From NCBI GenBank assembly GCA_050331235.1, contig JBHJHA010000054.1, forward strand, positions 1 through 54,440: DNA of 54,440 nucleotides, given 5' to 3'. This stretch comes from Leptolyngbyaceae cyanobacterium (GTDB taxonomy: Bacteria; Cyanobacteriota; Cyanobacteriia; Phormidesmidales; Phormidesmidaceae). The notes below the pieces were generated by a model. The model saw only the letters and a program-made list of their open reading frames with translations. It did no database searches and was not told where the DNA came from. Both the position numbers and the translations under genes were made by a program. Below, piece by piece: positions 40,401 to 51,306 of this stretch (within the stretch, counting starts at the first letter, position 1; each line of letters begins with the position of its first letter).

Positions 40401-42608
40401 CTACACCAACTTGCCGCCGTCGATTTTATGAACGGCGACAACGGCGGGACGAGGCGCGGCATTTACCTGTTGGCTGGGCCAGTTGGAGCCCAGGGGTACA
40501 TTCCGCTCTTGGATGAAAACCTCGCCATTCGTGGTTTTCATAGCAAATTTGCGGGTTTCAAAGGCGCCATTTTTGCGAATGCCGTGGGTTTCTCCGGGGT
40601 GCTGAGCGGCGAGAAACAATGTGGACTGATCTGGAGACATAAAAGGACCGGTCATTTCGCATTCCATGGGGCCGTAGGCAAACATAATGGCTTCTCCGGC
40701 GTTGGACCCCGACGTTGGAATCATCCAAATCGAGTTGTTGCCAAACAACCCCCGCAGACTGGACTGGCTAACAGGGTTGCCCTCGTCATCGCTGCGGCTC
40801 ACGACTTCCTGGTTGTGTTTGCTGGTCGACATATCAGTGACCATCCAAATATTGCCTTGGTCATCGATTTCTAGGTTGTCCGGGTTAGCAAAACCTAATC
40901 CACCCTCGGCGGGCTCACCGCCTAGGGCCAACATCTCCCACTGAAAGGTCATGGCAGCGGGGTCGCTGTTGGTTTCCATCAGCTTCATAATCCAGCCGTA
41001 TTCATAGGGAGTTTCGCCATTGGGTCCTTGAAAAATCTGTTTGTGGGGGCCGCCATCGCCCCCCGGACCACCAGAGGTAAAGGCAATCAACACGGTGCCA
41101 TCGGTGGCGACATCGGTGTCTTCTGGTCGAGCCGTGTTGGTGGCACCAGCGGCGTTAGCGGCATAATGTGCATCGATGAGAATGGCGCCCTGCTGTTCTA
41201 TGGCTGAGCCTTCATAGAGGTCGCCTAAGGTGCGGTACTGCTGAGTAAATGACTGCATATCAGCGTCTGAGTCGACCTTCATTACGCCTCCGGAGGGCCG
41301 CTGCGGGAGGGTGATCATGCCCCCGACTACTTGACTAGGCATATCCGGATTGACAGCGGTGCTAGCCTCTAAGGGAATCCAGGTGCCTGTTCCGTCTGAG
41401 TTGAACTTAGCGGCGTAGAGCATACCGGCGGTGAGTAGGTCAGAGTTGGCCTTGCTAGTCGGATCAGCTACGGTGTCGGTGCTAATAAACTTGTATAAAT
41501 GTCCGCCTCGGCGATCGCACCCTGAGTACACGGCGAGTTGCTTATTGGCAACGGCTCGGACCCCGACAGCCTCGTGGCGGAACCGACCCAGCCAGGTATG
41601 CTTCGTACCATAGTCATTGGGATTGGCCGGATCAATTTCTACCATCCAGCCATATTTATTGCCGGCGTAGTTAAAGGCTCCACCCAGACCATCCATATCA
41701 TTTGCCGTGACAACGAACGGTTTTTCGGATGTGGGCATTGACGTGCCATCGGCGAATACTGCCTCGGGAACGTAATTTTGAAAATTTTCTTCGGCGCTCA
41801 TGACGGTGCACCAGGGGGTCGTGCAGCCTGCGCAGTTATTAAATGTGCCGATAATGTCAGTACTGAGGCCATCAATATAGCCCTGCCCAGAGGTCTTTTC
41901 AAAAACGGCAACGGCGGGCCCAGTGGCCTGGAGATAGCGTCCATCTTCGAGTCCAGATAGACCTGTGACGCGGCGATCAGCGCTGGAAAAAGTGCGTTCC
42001 CAAGCGCCTGCGGGGTTGCGCCGAACTGAGACGACCCCAATCCCGACATCGGTCAGCGCTTCTTTGCAGAGTTCTTGTAACTGAGCTTTGAGGCGATCGC
42101 CTTCAGGTAGCTCATCAAAGTTGATGCCGCTCTCACCGGCAGCTTCGGCAGCGGCTTGGATATCGTCTAACGGTAGATTTTTGCCAATCACCTCTGGGTA
42201 GGTCTCCATCCAGGTGCTGCCGCTGATGTATTCAAAGTTGATGGTCAAATAGCCTTCACCCGGTGCAGTCTCAACAAAAGAGATGTAGTCATTGTTATAG
42301 CCAAAGCGCGAGTCTCCCACCGGATCCCCCCAAGCGCCAACAACGTCATAGGTATAGCCAGTCGGTAAAACTAAGTCGTCGCTGACGACATATTGGCCGA
42401 ATTTGGCGGCTTCCTCGGCCTTGGCGAGCCCCATGTAAGGCAGCGGCATCGGGCCCATCACCGGCTCAAAGGGGAAGGTGCTAGCCATGGCAGGCTTGCC
42501 GGCTAAGGGCTGAGCGACATCGCTACCCGCACGACCCCATGTGCCTAGAGCTGTAGCTCCTGCCGTGGCTCCCATAAACATCAAAAACTGTCGGCGCTGA
42601 AGACTCAT
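40401..42608 (-). CDS. phoX: PhoX family alkaline phosphatase (Tat-exported)
   Basis: RRQFLMF Tat motif; FGYNNDY, NCAG, AEEN, GRFRHEA, RPED, NPDNL, CEMTGP and QHPGE motifs. Confidence 0.93.
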   Translation of the reverse strand: MSLQRRQFLMFMGATAGATALGTWGRAGSDVAQPLAGKPAMASTFPFEPVMGPMPLPYMGLAKAEEAAKFGQYVVSDDLVLPTGYTYDVVGAWGDPVGDSRFGYNNDYISFVETAPGEGYLTINFEYISGSTWMETYPEVIGKNLPLDDIQAAAEAAGESGINFDELPEGDRLKAQLQELCKEALTDVGIGVVSVRRNPAGAWERTFSSADRRVTGLSGLEDGRYLQATGPAVAVFEKTSGQGYIDGLSTDIIGTFNNCAGCTTPWCTVMSAEENFQNYVPEAVFADGTSMPTSEKPFVVTANDMDGLGGAFNYAGNKYGWMVEIDPANPNDYGTKHTWLGRFRHEAVGVRAVANKQLAVYSGCDRRGGHLYKFISTDTVADPTSKANSDLLTAGMLYAAKFNSDGTGTWIPLEASTAVNPDMPSQVVGGMITLPQRPSGGVMKVDSDADMQSFTQQYRTLGDLYEGSAIEQQGAILIDAHYAANAAGATNTARPEDTDVATDGTVLIAFTSGGPGGDGGPHKQIFQGPNGETPYEYGWIMKLMETNSDPAAMTFQWEMLALGGEPAEGGLGFANPDNLEIDDQGNIWMVTDMSTSKHNQEVVSRSDDEGNPVSQSSLRGLFGNNSIWMIPTSGSNAGEAIMFAYGPMECEMTGPFMSPDQSTLFLAAQHPGETHGIRKNGAFETRKFAMKTTNGEVFIQERNVPLGSNWPSQQVNAAPRPAVVAVHKIDGGKLV

Positions 42609-42751
42609 GATGATCCCCTCTCTCTGGTAAAACGCGATTAGGTGACGGCGCGGCTATTCACGAGCTGCTGTCTGATGGCTGCTCTGAGGCAGCCGCTCAA
42701 TGAAATGGAAAGCCGCCGATAGCGATGGCTGCCCACACAACCCAATTCAAA

Positions 42752-42784
42752 ATTCTAAAGACCAGAGGTTAATGCAAGGTAATT
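42752..42784 (-). promoter_or_regulatory. Candidate Pho box (SphR/PhoB site) and -10 box of phoX
   Basis: Minus strand AATTACCT-TGC-ATTAACCT (11-bp period, resembling YTTAAYYW), then TAGAAT 8 nt downstream. Confidence 0.5.
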
Positions 42785-42824
42785 AAATTGGCATTGGACA
42801 CACCATCGGAGTTGTAACGCAGAT

Positions 42825-43733
42825 CTAAGGGACCGGCACGCTCTCCAGCAAGGTCTGAATTAGACTGTCTCCCTGATGCCCGCCAGCCGGAATCAATCGA
42901 TGGGAGAGAACGTAAGGCGCAAGATGTTTGACGTCGTCAGGTAAGGCGTACTCGCGATCGCTCAAAAATGCCAAAGCCTGAACCGCACGATAAAACGCCA
43001 CGCTGCCCCGGGGGCTTACCCCCAGCGTAATGTCGGCATGATCGCGGGTGGCGCGCACTAACGCCAAGATATAGTCTTTGACGGGCTGCTCCACCCGGAC
43101 GTCGGCACAATCGGCCTGGGTCTCGGCCACTTCGGCGGGGGTGATACAGGGCTGTAGGTCTTGTGGGTGAACAGGCGTTGCCAAGCGATCAAGCATTTTG
43201 GCTTCCTCTGCCGCTGAGGGATATCCCAGGGAAAATGACAGCGCAAAGCGATCCATCTGGGCTTCCGGCAGGGGAAAAGTGCCCTGATACTCCACTGGGT
43301 TTTGGGTGGCGATGACAAAAAAGGGAGTCGGGACAGATCGTGACACCCCATCGAGGGTCACCTGGTGTTCTTCCATGACCTCCAACAGTGCGGACTGGGT
43401 GCGCGGCGTGGCCCGGTTGATTTCATCGGCCAGCAGGACGTGGCCAAATACTGGCCCTGGCATAAATTGAAACTGCCCGCTGCTAGGATTCCAAATATTC
43501 GTGCCGGTAATATCTGCCGGTAGCAGGTCAGGGGTACACTGCACCCGTTGAAACGTACCGTCGATGCAGCGAGCGAGGGATTTGGCCAACAGGGTTTTGC
43601 CGACTCCAGGCACGTCTTCTAAGAGGGCGTGGCCCCCCGAAAACAGGGCGACCAACACGAGTCGAATCGCGTCTTCTTTACCGACAACGGTTTTGCTCAG
43701 ATTTTCTACCAACTGTTGAACGCGATCGCTCAT
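42825..43733 (-). CDS. MoxR family AAA+ ATPase
   Basis: EDVPGVGKT, DEINRATPRTQSALLE, ATQNPVE and PLPEAQMDRF motifs. Confidence 0.95.
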   Translation of the reverse strand: MSDRVQQLVENLSKTVVGKEDAIRLVLVALFSGGHALLEDVPGVGKTLLAKSLARCIDGTFQRVQCTPDLLPADITGTNIWNPSSGQFQFMPGPVFGHVLLADEINRATPRTQSALLEVMEEHQVTLDGVSRSVPTPFFVIATQNPVEYQGTFPLPEAQMDRFALSFSLGYPSAAEEAKMLDRLATPVHPQDLQPCITPAEVAETQADCADVRVEQPVKDYILALVRATRDHADITLGVSPRGSVAFYRAVQALAFLSDREYALPDDVKHLAPYVLSHRLIPAGGHQGDSLIQTLLESVPVP

Positions 43734-43789
43734 CTGCCTGCCTGGGATGCTACTGGCCCTATGATGCCCTGCTCAAGGCTGAGTTGCCA

Positions 43790-44848
43790 CTAGAGCCAAG
43801 CCTGGGCCGTTTGACAATCCGCCTGGATCTGGGCCTTCAGCGCATCCAGAGAGTCGAAGCGCTGCTCAGGTCTCAAAAAGCCCTGCAGGGCAACGGTTAA
43901 GGTCTGGCCGTATAAATTGCCCTGCCAATTGAGCAGATGCACTTCAATTGACTGGCGCTGCCCATTGACAGTCGGCCGGACGCCAAGATTCATCACGCCG
44001 GGCCAACCGGTCTCTGGGGGGTGGTGGGGAATGCCATAAACGCGAACACTGTAGACCCCCGTGCGGGGTAAGAACTTTTCGGGGGGGACCTGTAGATTGG
44101 CGGTGGGAAACCCGATCTGTCGACCGAGCTGTTGCCCTTTGACCACGCGTCCCAGCAAGCGATAGGGTCGCCCCATGAGCTGCTGCACGGGTTCTGGCTC
44201 TCCTGCACAAAGGGCCTGCCGAATACGTGAACTGCTGATGCGATCGCCCGCCGCTGTGGCTAAATCAACCACGGTGACCGGGACGCCTCGTTGCTCGGCA
44301 AGCTGCTGTAAGAGGGCGACGTTTCCCTGCCGCTGATGCCCAAACCGAAAGTCAGCTCCCACGCTGATATGGCGCGCCTGTAATCGGTCCAGCAATATCG
44401 CCTGGACGAACGCTGTGGGACTCAAATTAGCTAGCTCAGTATTAAAGGGCAGCAAGATCAATTGACGAACGCCCATTTGTTTGAGGAAGGCGGCTTTTTC
44501 CTCTAGCGGTGTGAGCCAAGGACGCGGCTGATCAGAAAAGAACTCGCGGGGATGGGGATAAAACGTCAGAACGCTAGGGATGGGGCCGGCTAAAGGGGGC
44601 GTGCCTAGCGACACTGTGGAGTGGAAACCACAGTCGTTGAGAAGGCGCGGGCAGCGATCGCTATACCCCTGCAGGGCAGCTAGGGAATCAGGGGTAATGA
44701 CGGGACCCAGCCCCAACGTTGGCGGTGGCGCGGCGGTCGGCAGAATCGGACGAATGACTGTTTGATGGCCCAAATGAATACCATCAAAGTTCCCCAAAGC
44801 AATGCGCGTTGGGGTGTGGGCGGTTGATAGGGAAGAAGTAATCCACAC
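43790..44848 (-). CDS. ribF: Bifunctional riboflavin kinase/FAD synthetase
   Basis: GNFDGIHLGH, ISSSRIR, GFPTANL and EVHLL motifs. Confidence 0.95.
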   Translation of the reverse strand: MWITSSLSTAHTPTRIALGNFDGIHLGHQTVIRPILPTAAPPPTLGLGPVITPDSLAALQGYSDRCPRLLNDCGFHSTVSLGTPPLAGPIPSVLTFYPHPREFFSDQPRPWLTPLEEKAAFLKQMGVRQLILLPFNTELANLSPTAFVQAILLDRLQARHISVGADFRFGHQRQGNVALLQQLAEQRGVPVTVVDLATAAGDRISSSRIRQALCAGEPEPVQQLMGRPYRLLGRVVKGQQLGRQIGFPTANLQVPPEKFLPRTGVYSVRVYGIPHHPPETGWPGVMNLGVRPTVNGQRQSIEVHLLNWQGNLYGQTLTVALQGFLRPEQRFDSLDALKAQIQADCQTAQAWL

Positions 44849-45088
44849 CTTTACAGTTTGACATAATTAGCCCGACTGGAACCGTTGGAATCTGGCGAGA
44901 GTCACTAACATCTGAGTCATCAAGCAAGCAATCAGTTCCCGCTGCGACTTCTGGTGCTATGCGATCGCGCCTGAGTGACTTAAGCCGCACAACCGAGCCG
45001 CGAAGTTACTGAGTCGATACCAATGGGCCCTGCTGCCCGACCGTCTATGGCCACAGGCAAGGGAACTGGAGATGGATCAAAACGCTAG

Positions 45089-45964
45089 TTAGACGACCAC
45101 TGCGGGCTCAGGGGCCGACATCAAATCAATGACCATGCCCTCTTTGGCAACGACGCTGTTGGGAAACTGCTCAGCCGTATCTTGGGCCACTTCGTCCATA
45201 AAGTCATCGTTGTGCAGCGGGTCGTGATGAAAGATCACAAGCTGTTTGACATTAGCGGCTTTAGCGACTTTGACAGCTTCTTGCCAGGTAGAGTGGCCCC
45301 AGCCGACTTTGCTAGATTTTTCGCTGTGATATTCATTATCGGTGTAAGTCGCGTCATAGATCATGACGTCGGCATCTTTGGCTAACCAAAGGACATTTTC
45401 ATCTAGGCGGTCAGGAAAATGCTCAGTGTCAGTCACGTAAGCGGCGGTTTTGCCTTGCCAGTTCACGCGATAGCCAACGGCTTCTCCGGGATGGTTGAGC
45501 AGCGTATTTTGAACCTTAACGTCGCCAATTTCCACCGCTTCACCGACATCAATGTCGCAAAATTTCATCTCGGCCCCCATGATCTGCAGCGGCACGGGAA
45601 AGTTGGGGTGCAGCATTTGGTCGTTGAGACGCTGCTCGATGGTGCTACCGTTGGGCGCGATCGCGCCATATATATTGATTTTGTTACCGGGTACAAAAGC
45701 CGGTACAAAGAAGGGAAAGCCTTGAATGTGATCCCAGTGAGAGTGGGTGAAAAACATCGTCGCGTCCATGGGCATTTCGGACAGTAGCTTTAAGCCCAGC
45801 TCACGCAGCCCTGTACCACCATCAAAGATGAGCAGATTGCCGCCAACGCGCATCTCAATACATGAAGTGTTGCCACCATACCGAACGGTGTGAGACCCAG
45901 GGCAGGCGATGCTGCCTCGGACTCCCCAGAAACGGATCAAAAACTGGTTTTCTGTATCAGACAT
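45089..45964 (-). CDS. MBL-fold metallo-hydrolase
   Basis: FWGVRGS, YGGNTSC, THSHWDHIQG, GWGHS and FHHDP motifs. Confidence 0.93.
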   Translation of the reverse strand: MSDTENQFLIRFWGVRGSIACPGSHTVRYGGNTSCIEMRVGGNLLIFDGGTGLRELGLKLLSEMPMDATMFFTHSHWDHIQGFPFFVPAFVPGNKINIYGAIAPNGSTIEQRLNDQMLHPNFPVPLQIMGAEMKFCDIDVGEAVEIGDVKVQNTLLNHPGEAVGYRVNWQGKTAAYVTDTEHFPDRLDENVLWLAKDADVMIYDATYTDNEYHSEKSSKVGWGHSTWQEAVKVAKAANVKQLVIFHHDPLHNDDFMDEVAQDTAEQFPNSVVAKEGMVIDLMSAPEPAVVV

Positions 45965-46169
45965 GGGTGTGTTGCTTCAAAGTTGGCAAGTGACTGCGGC
46001 ATGTGCCCTGGCGCTGAAAGTAATATGCCCTAAATAGGTTGAAAATTTTGAAAGTTAGCCTATTCCAAGTGTTGTCTCAAGATAATTCTATCAAGAGGGT
46101 TTGTGGCGAATCTTTACAAACTCTCAAAAACAACTGTACAAAAATAACTCTGTTTAAAGACGATTATAT

Positions 46170-47054
46170 TCATGGTTTCTGAGGTTGCCCCAGCAGATCA
46201 GGACGAAGTGCCAGCGGCTTTTGTTGGTGAGCCCAGGTCTGCAGTTCGCAAAGCCCAATGTGAGAAGTGAGGTTGTATTGCAGCGGTGTGATGGTAATCA
46301 AGTTGCGCTGAATCGCGATGACGTCAGTGGGAATATTGGGCAACGTTTCAAATTGAGATAGCTGCTGTATTTGTTCGGCCAACACTTGGTAGCTATCTTC
46401 TTCGTGGGCGACTGGTTCAAGTACTTCACCAGCTAACCAGTAGTAGGTTTTGCCCCGTGGGTCGAGGCGCTTTTCAAACAAATCGATGTAGCGCCGGACG
46501 CCTTGTCGGGCAATAACTTGGCCTTGAATTTGGTCAGCTGGTACAGCCGGAATATTCACGTTGAGCAACATCGGTTGTGGCAAAGGATGCTGCTCAAGGG
46601 TCTGTAAGAGCGTGACCGCAAACTGAGCAGCTGGGCGAAAGTCGCGCGAAGCAAAATCAGTCAGGCTAAATGCGATCGCCGGAATGCCTTCAATGACCCC
46701 TTCCATGGCGGCGGATACCGTGCCGGAGTACAGCACGTCGGTGCCTAAGTTGGCTCCCTGGTTGATGCCTGAGAGCACCATATCGGGGGGACTGGGCAAA
46801 ATTGCGCCTAACGCTAGTTTGACGCAGTCCGAGGGAGTACCAGAGCAGGCCCAAGCGGCAATATCAGGTTGAAAAACGCCCTCGATTTGTTCGGCGCGAA
46901 TGGGCTTGTGGAGAGTCAGACCATGGCCAGTGGCAGAGCGCTCGCGATCGGGACAGACCACGGTCACTTGATGTCCAGCGCTGGCTAAGGTATTGGCCAA
47001 GATGCGAATGCCCGTGGCAAACACACCGTCATCATTACTAACGAGTAATTTCAT
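46170..47054 (-). CDS. surE: 5'/3'-nucleotidase SurE
   Basis: [13 protein letters not shown] and SGINQGAN...[11 protein letters not shown] motifs. Confidence 0.96.
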   Translation of the reverse strand: MKLLVSNDDGVFATGIRILANTLASAGHQVTVVCPDRERSATGHGLTLHKPIRAEQIEGVFQPDIAAWACSGTPSDCVKLALGAILPSPPDMVLSGINQGANLGTDVLYSGTVSAAMEGVIEGIPAIAFSLTDFASRDFRPAAQFAVTLLQTLEQHPLPQPMLLNVNIPAVPADQIQGQVIARQGVRRYIDLFEKRLDPRGKTYYWLAGEVLEPVAHEEDSYQVLAEQIQQLSQFETLPNIPTDVIAIQRNLITITPLQYNLTSHIGLCELQTWAHQQKPLALRPDLLGQPQKP

Positions 47055-47403
47055 AATCTTCTTAGGGCAACTCTGAATTGAAAGCCTAACGAATTGCGGG
47101 GGATAAGCACCTTACAGCGCTCGCCGTAAGCAAAGACGGTTGCTCACGTTGTCTGAGACCGAACGGCAAAAACAGACGGTTGACGTATCGGTAGATCGAT
47201 ATCGAAATCACTGGCTTCGCGATCGCTCACCTCGTAAACTAAGGTTATTAGTCAAGGTTCCCCATGGGCGATCGCTCCTTTGCGGTTGAGTGCAGATTGG
47301 TCAGTGGCTACTGCCATCACCTCAGCCTAGCCTCAGGCCGCGGTAAGCGCTAGCGGGCATCTCGTATTTGGGCTTTGGTCCAATTGTCGTCAATGAGTTA
47401 AAG

Positions 47404-48414
47404 ATGTCTGGCATGACCCCACCCTCTACTACCTTAGAAGCCGACCTGCAAGCGCTACAGTCTGCCGGAGAAGCCGCGATCGTTGAGGCAGATAGCTTAG
47501 AGGCCCTGGAAAAAATTCGTCTAGACTACCTGGGCAAAAAGGGCAAGGTCTCCAAAGTTCTAGGCGGCATGGGCAAACTGCCCCCAGAAGATCGGCCCCG
47601 TGTTGGTTCCTTAGTCAACCAGGTCAAAGAGGCCATTCAGTCTAGCCTCGATCAGCGCCGCACCGACCTACAGCATGAGGCCATCCAAGCTCAGATCGCA
47701 GAGGAAACCTTGGATGTCACGATGCCCGGTGTGTTTGTGCCCCAGGGTCGGGTGCATCCCATCAATAGCATTATTGATCAAATCACCGAAATCTTTGTGG
47801 GACTTGGATATACCGTGGCTGGCGGCCCGGAAATTGAGTCCGATTACTATAACTTCGAAGCGCTGAACTTTTTGCCCGATCACCCGGCCCGCGACATGCA
47901 GGACACCCTGTACTTGCCTAATGGTGATCTGTTGAGGACCCATACCTCTAACGTGCAAATCCGCTATATGAAAGATCACGAACCCCCTTGTCGAGTCTTA
48001 GCAACGGGACGCTGTTATCGCCGCGATACGGTGGATGCAACCCATGCGGCTGTTTTTCACCAAATGGAGTTCTTTGCCGTCGATAAGGGCATTACTTTCA
48101 CTGATCTGCGCGGCACGATTCGCGCTTTCATCGATGCGCTCTTTGGGGATATTCCCATTCGGTTTCGGCCCAGCTATTTTCCCTTTACTGAACCTTCGGC
48201 GGAAGTGGATGTGGAGTGGAAAGGGCAGTGGTTAGAAGTATTGGGATGCGGCATGATCGACCCCAACGTGATGCAAGCAGTGGGATATGACCCAGAAGTG
48301 TACACTGGCTTTGCTGCAGGTCTCGGCGTTGAGCGGTTGGCCATGGTGCAGCATGAAATCGACGATATCCGTCGACTTTACTCCAGTGACCTGCGCTTTT
48401 TACAGCAGTTTTAA
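47404..48414 (+). CDS. pheS: Phenylalanine-tRNA ligase alpha subunit
   Basis: [23 protein letters not shown] and GLGVERLAM motifs. Start is ATG 47404 or 47413. Confidence 0.97.
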   Translation: MSGMTPPSTTLEADLQALQSAGEAAIVEADSLEALEKIRLDYLGKKGKVSKVLGGMGKLPPEDRPRVGSLVNQVKEAIQSSLDQRRTDLQHEAIQAQIAEETLDVTMPGVFVPQGRVHPINSIIDQITEIFVGLGYTVAGGPEIESDYYNFEALNFLPDHPARDMQDTLYLPNGDLLRTHTSNVQIRYMKDHEPPCRVLATGRCYRRDTVDATHAAVFHQMEFFAVDKGITFTDLRGTIRAFIDALFGDIPIRFRPSYFPFTEPSAEVDVEWKGQWLEVLGCGMIDPNVMQAVGYDPEVYTGFAAGLGVERLAMVQHEIDDIRRLYSSDLRFLQQF

Positions 48415-48422
48415 CGCGGAAG

Positions 48423-48462
48423 AGCAACTTGTGCGCGACTCGTCAAGTCCGCACAAGTTGCT
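48423..48462. terminator. Hairpin between convergent pheS and the HAD gene
   Basis: AGCAACTTGTGCG / CGCACAAGTTGCT perfect 13-bp inverted repeat starting 8 nt after the pheS stop. Confidence 0.6.
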
Positions 48463-48511
48463 GATGTTTGCCAGGCCCTTCAGTCTTATGACGCTCGCCG
48501 ATGGGTAGGGG

Positions 48512-49201
48512 TCACAGTTTGAGTTGGGTGGTAATGGTATTAATAGCGTCCTTGAGGTCGTTGACGATGTAGTCAGGGCCGTAGGTTGCTAGACGATCGC
48601 GATTGCGAATACCACTCAAAACTGCGACTACCGGTAAATCATGGGCTCGGGCAGCGGCAATATCTGCCTCGGTGTCTCCCACCATCCAAGTTGCTGAGAC
48701 AGGTGGCAGTTCAGAGAGGGCCTTTTCAACTAAGCGGGTTTTTTCAATCACATCCTGGGCCTTGTCATAGACGTCGGGCAGGCAATACCGCATCTGAGCC
48801 GGAAAAAACTGACCGAGACCATGCTTGTCCAGGGCGTAGTTGAGGGCATATTCTCGGCGCATGGTAACGACAGCCAAGTCACTGCTGAGGGTTTGCAGAT
48901 GCTGCAAGGCTGTAAAAGCGATCGCGAGGGGGCGATCGTATTTGAGATACTCACGGTTGTGGACGTTGTCGCGTCGGAGCAGCGCAAATCGTCGTGCCTG
49001 GTCATCATGTAAACCCGAAATGGTACCAATTTGTCGCTCCGGCACCTGTGCCCGTTTGAGCTGCCAAAATGCTTGCTTAGATAGGCAGCTGACCGGCTGT
49101 TCGGGTTCCCTGGCGGCTTCTAAACAGTATTGATAGACCTGGTAATACCGTTCCGACACATCCATAATCGGACCGTCAAAATCGGTGAAGATACGTAGCA
49201 T
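48512..49201 (-). CDS. HAD family hydrolase
   Basis: TDFDGPI and WMVGDTEAD motifs. Confidence 0.92.
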   Translation of the reverse strand: MLRIFTDFDGPIMDVSERYYQVYQYCLEAAREPEQPVSCLSKQAFWQLKRAQVPERQIGTISGLHDDQARRFALLRRDNVHNREYLKYDRPLAIAFTALQHLQTLSSDLAVVTMRREYALNYALDKHGLGQFFPAQMRYCLPDVYDKAQDVIEKTRLVEKALSELPPVSATWMVGDTEADIAAARAHDLPVVAVLSGIRNRDRLATYGPDYIVNDLKDAINTITTQLKL

Positions 49202-49581
49202 GTCTGCTGGAGTTCCTCAGAAAAGGAATGAGTCAATCATCATCACAGATGACATTGGAAAATGAAGAAGTATTAAGGCTGATTTTCGTTCATTTTGACA
49301 TCTCATCTGGCGTTTTAAGCCAACTGCATCCATAATCTGCCAAATCAGATGGGGCTGGGATGAAATTAACCTTGTCTAGGAGAAGACGCTAGTAGCAAGC
49401 CTGGCTGAACGCGATGGAATTAGCGCGATTGCCTAAACGGGCTCAGGCCTCTTCACCACTGCCGTAAACCAGCATAGGGGGAAAACCCTGCACCGATAGA
49501 TGAATAGTGACGGTTCGATTTTTTCTTGGGGGTGCCCCGAACGATACAATTTCAGAGAGTAAGTCCGAGTACAAAAGTTAT

Positions 49582-50154
49582 ATGTTGCGGAAAACGTCCC
49601 TCGGGAATGTGTTGTTGGTAGTGGGCGGTATTCTGACCGTCGTTGGGTTTGTGGCGTATTTTCAAGATAATGCCACGTTGAATTTAGCTGGATTTTTCTA
49701 CGGCATTCCTGTGCTGTTGGGCGGGCTGGCGCTGCGAGCGGCGGAGTTGGAGCCGACCCAATATTCCCAAGAAACGACGCCAGAAGTTGCGGCCCTGCGA
49801 GAACAGCAGGCAACCCCCACCCAGAGGCAGGTGCGTAGTGATGTCACCCGCTATCGCTATGGTCAAGAAGCGCACTTAGACGAGGTTTTAGAGCGTTTGG
49901 GATTGGCCCCATCGGACGAAGAACGACCGGAACTGATGGCAGTTAGAGAAGAATCTAAAGGGGGTGCTTACAGCTTAGTGCTGGAGTTTGATTCGCCCTT
50001 CATTCCCTTGACCAAGTGGCAGGAAAAACAAGAGAAGATTGAGAAGTTTTTTGGTCCTGACGTTCGCGCTGAAATTGTTGAACCGCAAGCGCATCGGGTT
50101 GAATTGGCATTGGTCACAGTACCGACGCCAGAGCCGGCTGAGACTTCTGCTTAA
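49582..50154 (+). CDS. DUF2854-like membrane protein
   Basis: Two TMs; FYGIPVLLGGLAL, DVTRYRYGQEAHL and FFGP motifs. Confidence 0.85.
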   Translation: MLRKTSLGNVLLVVGGILTVVGFVAYFQDNATLNLAGFFYGIPVLLGGLALRAAELEPTQYSQETTPEVAALREQQATPTQRQVRSDVTRYRYGQEAHLDEVLERLGLAPSDEERPELMAVREESKGGAYSLVLEFDSPFIPLTKWQEKQEKIEKFFGPDVRAEIVEPQAHRVELALVTVPTPEPAETSA

Positions 50155-50307
50155 GTTGGGGCTGAGCGTAAAGGTCTGCCGTTGAAGAGATGTTGAGTTG
50201 AGCTGGCACGCTCAAAATTGATCGTAGGCCTGTTGCTGTCGTTGGGGTTGCCATTACAAAGGGCTCGGGCGATCGCACTGTACCTGGCTTGATGCTCTTT
50301 TATCCGA

Positions 50308-51306
50308 ATGTCCATGTCTTTGATCACCGTTCGACCTGAGGGCTTGTATTGCGAAGCAGGCAATTTTTACGTTGACCCCTGGCGACCTGTAGAGACCGCG
50401 ATCATTACCCATGCCCATGCCGATCATGCCCGCTCAGGCTCCGAAAACTACGTTGCCATGGCGAGTGCCGAGGGCGTCTTACGTAAACGGCTAGGGACCG
50501 AAATTACGCTACGAAATGTGCCCTACGGTGAAAAGCTGAAATATGGCGATGCTTGCGTTTCTTTACATCCAGCAGGTCACGTATTAGGTGCAGCGCAGGT
50601 GCGCGTCGAGCGTGGTGGTGAGGTCTGGGTCGTTTCAGGAGATTACAAACGGGGCGCTGATCCGACCTGCGCCCCGTTTGAGGTGGTGCCCTGCGATACT
50701 TTCATTACCGAAGCAACTTTTGGGCTACCAATTTACAAGTGGGACACCGGTGAAGAGACTGTCCGACAAATTTATGAATGGTGGCAGTCTGATCGCGATC
50801 GCCCCTCAATTTTATTTTGCTATGCCTTTGGCAAGGCCCAACGGGTGTTGAGTGAGTTGATGAAGTTTACCGATCAAACAGTTTATGTGCACGGGGCGAT
50901 CGCCGCACTCAACAATATTTACCGTGATCAGGGTGTGGAGATGGTGCCAACAGTCACGACATCAGAGATGCCGCGGAGTCATAAATATACCGGAGATCTC
51001 ATCCTGGCTCCTCCATCGGGACATCGCTCCACTTGGATGAAACGCTTTAAGTCTCCACAAACGGCATTTGCCTCTGGTTGGATGGCAGTGCGTGGGGCCC
51101 GACGGCGGCGCGGCTACGAGCGAGGGTTTGTGTTGTCAGACCATGCAGATTGGCCAAGCCTGATTCGCACGATCCAGGAAACCGGTGCTCAGCAGGTTTA
51201 TGTCACCCACGGACAAAATGATGTGCTGTCTCGCTATCTCCGCGAAAGGTGCGGGATTGCTGCGCAGCCGCTTGATACTCTGTTTGAGGGCGAGGGCGAT
51301 ATTTAA
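50308..51306 (+). CDS. Ligase-associated DNA damage response exonuclease (MBL/beta-CASP)
   Basis: DPWRPV, THAHADH, HPAGHVLG, EATFGLP, ASGWMAVRG and LSDHADW motifs. Confidence 0.92.
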   Translation: MSMSLITVRPEGLYCEAGNFYVDPWRPVETAIITHAHADHARSGSENYVAMASAEGVLRKRLGTEITLRNVPYGEKLKYGDACVSLHPAGHVLGAAQVRVERGGEVWVVSGDYKRGADPTCAPFEVVPCDTFITEATFGLPIYKWDTGEETVRQIYEWWQSDRDRPSILFCYAFGKAQRVLSELMKFTDQTVYVHGAIAALNNIYRDQGVEMVPTVTTSEMPRSHKYTGDLILAPPSGHRSTWMKRFKSPQTAFASGWMAVRGARRRRGYERGFVLSDHADWPSLIRTIQETGAQQVYVTHGQNDVLSRYLRERCGIAAQPLDTLFEGEGDI

